Shown here: positions 62,380 through 64,000 of the stretch, in pieces
Position numbering within the stretch: position 1 is the first letter of the stretch
How the letters are laid out: the number at the start of each line of letters is the position of its first letter
DNA from: Felis catus
Lineage: Eukaryota
Direction of reading: 5' to 3'
Length of the DNA stretch: 64,000 nt
Assembly (NCBI RefSeq): GCF_018350175.1
Contig: NC_058368.1
Coordinates: forward strand, 122,390,001-122,454,000
Translations under genes and position numbers: made by a program
The notes under the pieces: generated by a model
Database searches by the model: none
The model's input: the letters and a program-made list of their open reading frames with translations, nothing else
Told to the model about the DNA's origin: nothing

Positions 62380-63306
62380 CACTACCCTGATCCCAAAGCC
62401 AGATAAAAACACAACAAAAAAAGAGAACTACAGGCCAGTATCGCTGATGAACACCGATGTAATGTGTGTTCGACAAAATATTAGCAAACCAAATCCAACA
62501 ATGTCTTTAAGAAAATCATTCACCACAATCAAGTAGGATTTAGTACCTGGATACGAAGGGGGTTCAATATTCACAAATCAATGTGATATATCACATCCGT
62601 AAGAGAAAGAATAAAATCCATATGGTCATTTCAACAGATGCAGAAAAAAACATTTGACCAAGCACAACATCCATTCATGAAAACACGCTCAACAAATTAG
62701 GTTTACAGGGAACATACCTGAACATAATCAAGGCCTTCTATGAGAAACCCACAGCAAATATCATCCTCAATGGGGAAAAACCGAGAGCTTATCCTCGAAG
62801 GTCAGGAACAAAACACGGATGTCCACCCTCACCACTTTTATTCAACGTAGAACTGGAAGTCCTAGCCACAGCAATCAGAAAAGAATGAGAAATAAAAGGC
62901 ATCCAAAATAAGGAAGTAAAACTTCGACTATTTGCAGATGACATGATGTTATCTATATATAGAAAACCCTAAAGGTTCCACCAAAAAATCTACTGGAAAT
63001 GATAAATGAATTCAGTAAGATCGCAGGATGCAAAAATCAATGTACAGAAATCCATTGCATTTCTGTACACTAATAATGAAGCAGCAGAAAGAGATATGAA
63101 AAAGAAACAACAATCCCACTACAATTGTAACAAAAATAACAAAATACTAAGAAAGAAAAAAACCAAAGAGGTGAAAGAATATGAAAACACTAATTCAAAG
63201 GGATACATGCACCCCTATGTTTATTGCAGCATTATTTCCAATCCCTAAATTATGGAAGCAACTCAAGTGCCCATTGATAGATGAATGGATAAAGAAGATG
63301 TGGTGT

Positions 63307-63352
<46 letters not shown>

Positions 63353-63629
63353 TAGAATATTATTCAGCCATAAAAAGGACTGAAATCTTGCCATTTGCAA
63401 CGATGTGGATGGGCTAGAGAGCATAATGCTAAGTAAAATAAGTCAGAAAAAGATAAATACCATATGATTTCACTCATATGTGGAATTTAAGAAACAAAAC
63501 AAATGAACAGAGGGAAAAAAAAAAGAGAGAGAGAAACAAACCAAGAAACAGACTCTTAACTATAGAGAACAAACTCACGGTTACCAGAGGGGAAGTTGTG
63601 AATGGGTGATATAGGTGATGGGGATTAAG
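62380..63629 (+). mobile_element. Carnivore L1 fragment: ORF2 RT region joined by internal deletion to the 3' end, truncated at 3'
   Basis: aactacaggccagtatcgctgatgaac, ggatgtccaccctcacca, tttgcagatgacatg (FADDM); jumps at ~63185 to gatacatgcacccctatgttta; frameshifts and stops present. Confidence 0.93.
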
Positions 63630-63713
63630 ATGTGGGGCTCGAACTCACGAACTGTGAGATCATGACCTGAGCCAAAGCTGGATGCTTAAACGGCTGAGCC
63701 ACCCAGGTGACCC
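63629..63713 (-). mobile_element. CanSINE head fragment fused to L1
   Basis: gatgtggggctcgaactcacg...gccacccaggtgaccc without CT tract or tail. Confidence 0.9.
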
Positions 63714-64000
63714 TAAAGCAACACTACTCCTGCTGCGTTGGAGACATTTCTAACCTATTCTATTTCGTTTATATTTTGGATGCTTCTCATTACGACTAAA
63801 TTTATTTCACAACTCATTAATGGGGCTTGACCCCATTAAAAACCACTTCCTTGGAAGACCCTCATGCTTGTGCTGCTTCTATTTACAAGAAGCAATTGTT
63901 TTGAGGTTCTTGTGTACCTTTACAACTTCGTTGGATTTTTTTTGCTGAGAACCAACCGTGTGCACATCACCTTGTGAGGCTTTGTGGGAAGTGCAAAGAG

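Larger units (their letters stand above)
36595..64000 (+). other. STK32A: STK32A intron 2 (continues beyond window)
   Basis: I found no downstream exon encoding the expected VNFDHFEILRAIGKGSFGK; the region is dominated by repeats. Confidence 0.75.

Noticed and set aside
63817..63839. 9-bp inverted repeat ttaatgggg-cttga-ccccattaa
   Set aside because: Lies in sequence resembling the end of an old hAT MITE; short and with no functional context.
1..64000. CRISPR array, operon, or other prokaryotic/viral-type system; functional tRNA genes
   Set aside because: The sequence is eutherian genomic DNA. The recurring ~200-bp units are dispersed SINEs with TSDs rather than repeat-spacer arrays, and the tRNA-like A/B boxes belong to SINE heads.

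Overview
Mammalian genomic DNA from a cat-family (felid/feliform) carnivore, judged by about 44 cat-type CanSINE (SINEC) copies. About 1-31.8 kb is repeat-rich and apparently intergenic. It holds CanSINEs, a decayed ~4.3 kb L1, MaLR/ERVL LTRs, MIR/L2 and hAT DNA-transposon relics. A CpG island at ~31.8-32.4 kb marks the promoter and non-coding first exon(s) of STK32A (YANK1 Ser/Thr kinase, + strand). Exon 2 (36447-36594) carries the start codon and encodes MGANTSSKPPVFDENED. I did not find the next coding exon (kinase Gly-rich loop), so intron 2 appears to run past the window end. The other ORFs in the supplied track look like repeat-derived or chance frames. I found no evidence of a new multi-gene system. 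The most interesting signals are small-scale: a 101-bp intronic segment re-inserted ~1.35 kb away between 12-bp direct repeats, a 55-bp near-perfect palindrome grown inside a SINE, two uORFs (one in frame with the myristoylation-motif start), a solo poly(A) retro-insertion, and closely spaced inverted SINE pairs in STK32A introns. Repeat subfamily names are recognised by eye, and repeat boundaries without target-site duplications (TSDs) are approximate.
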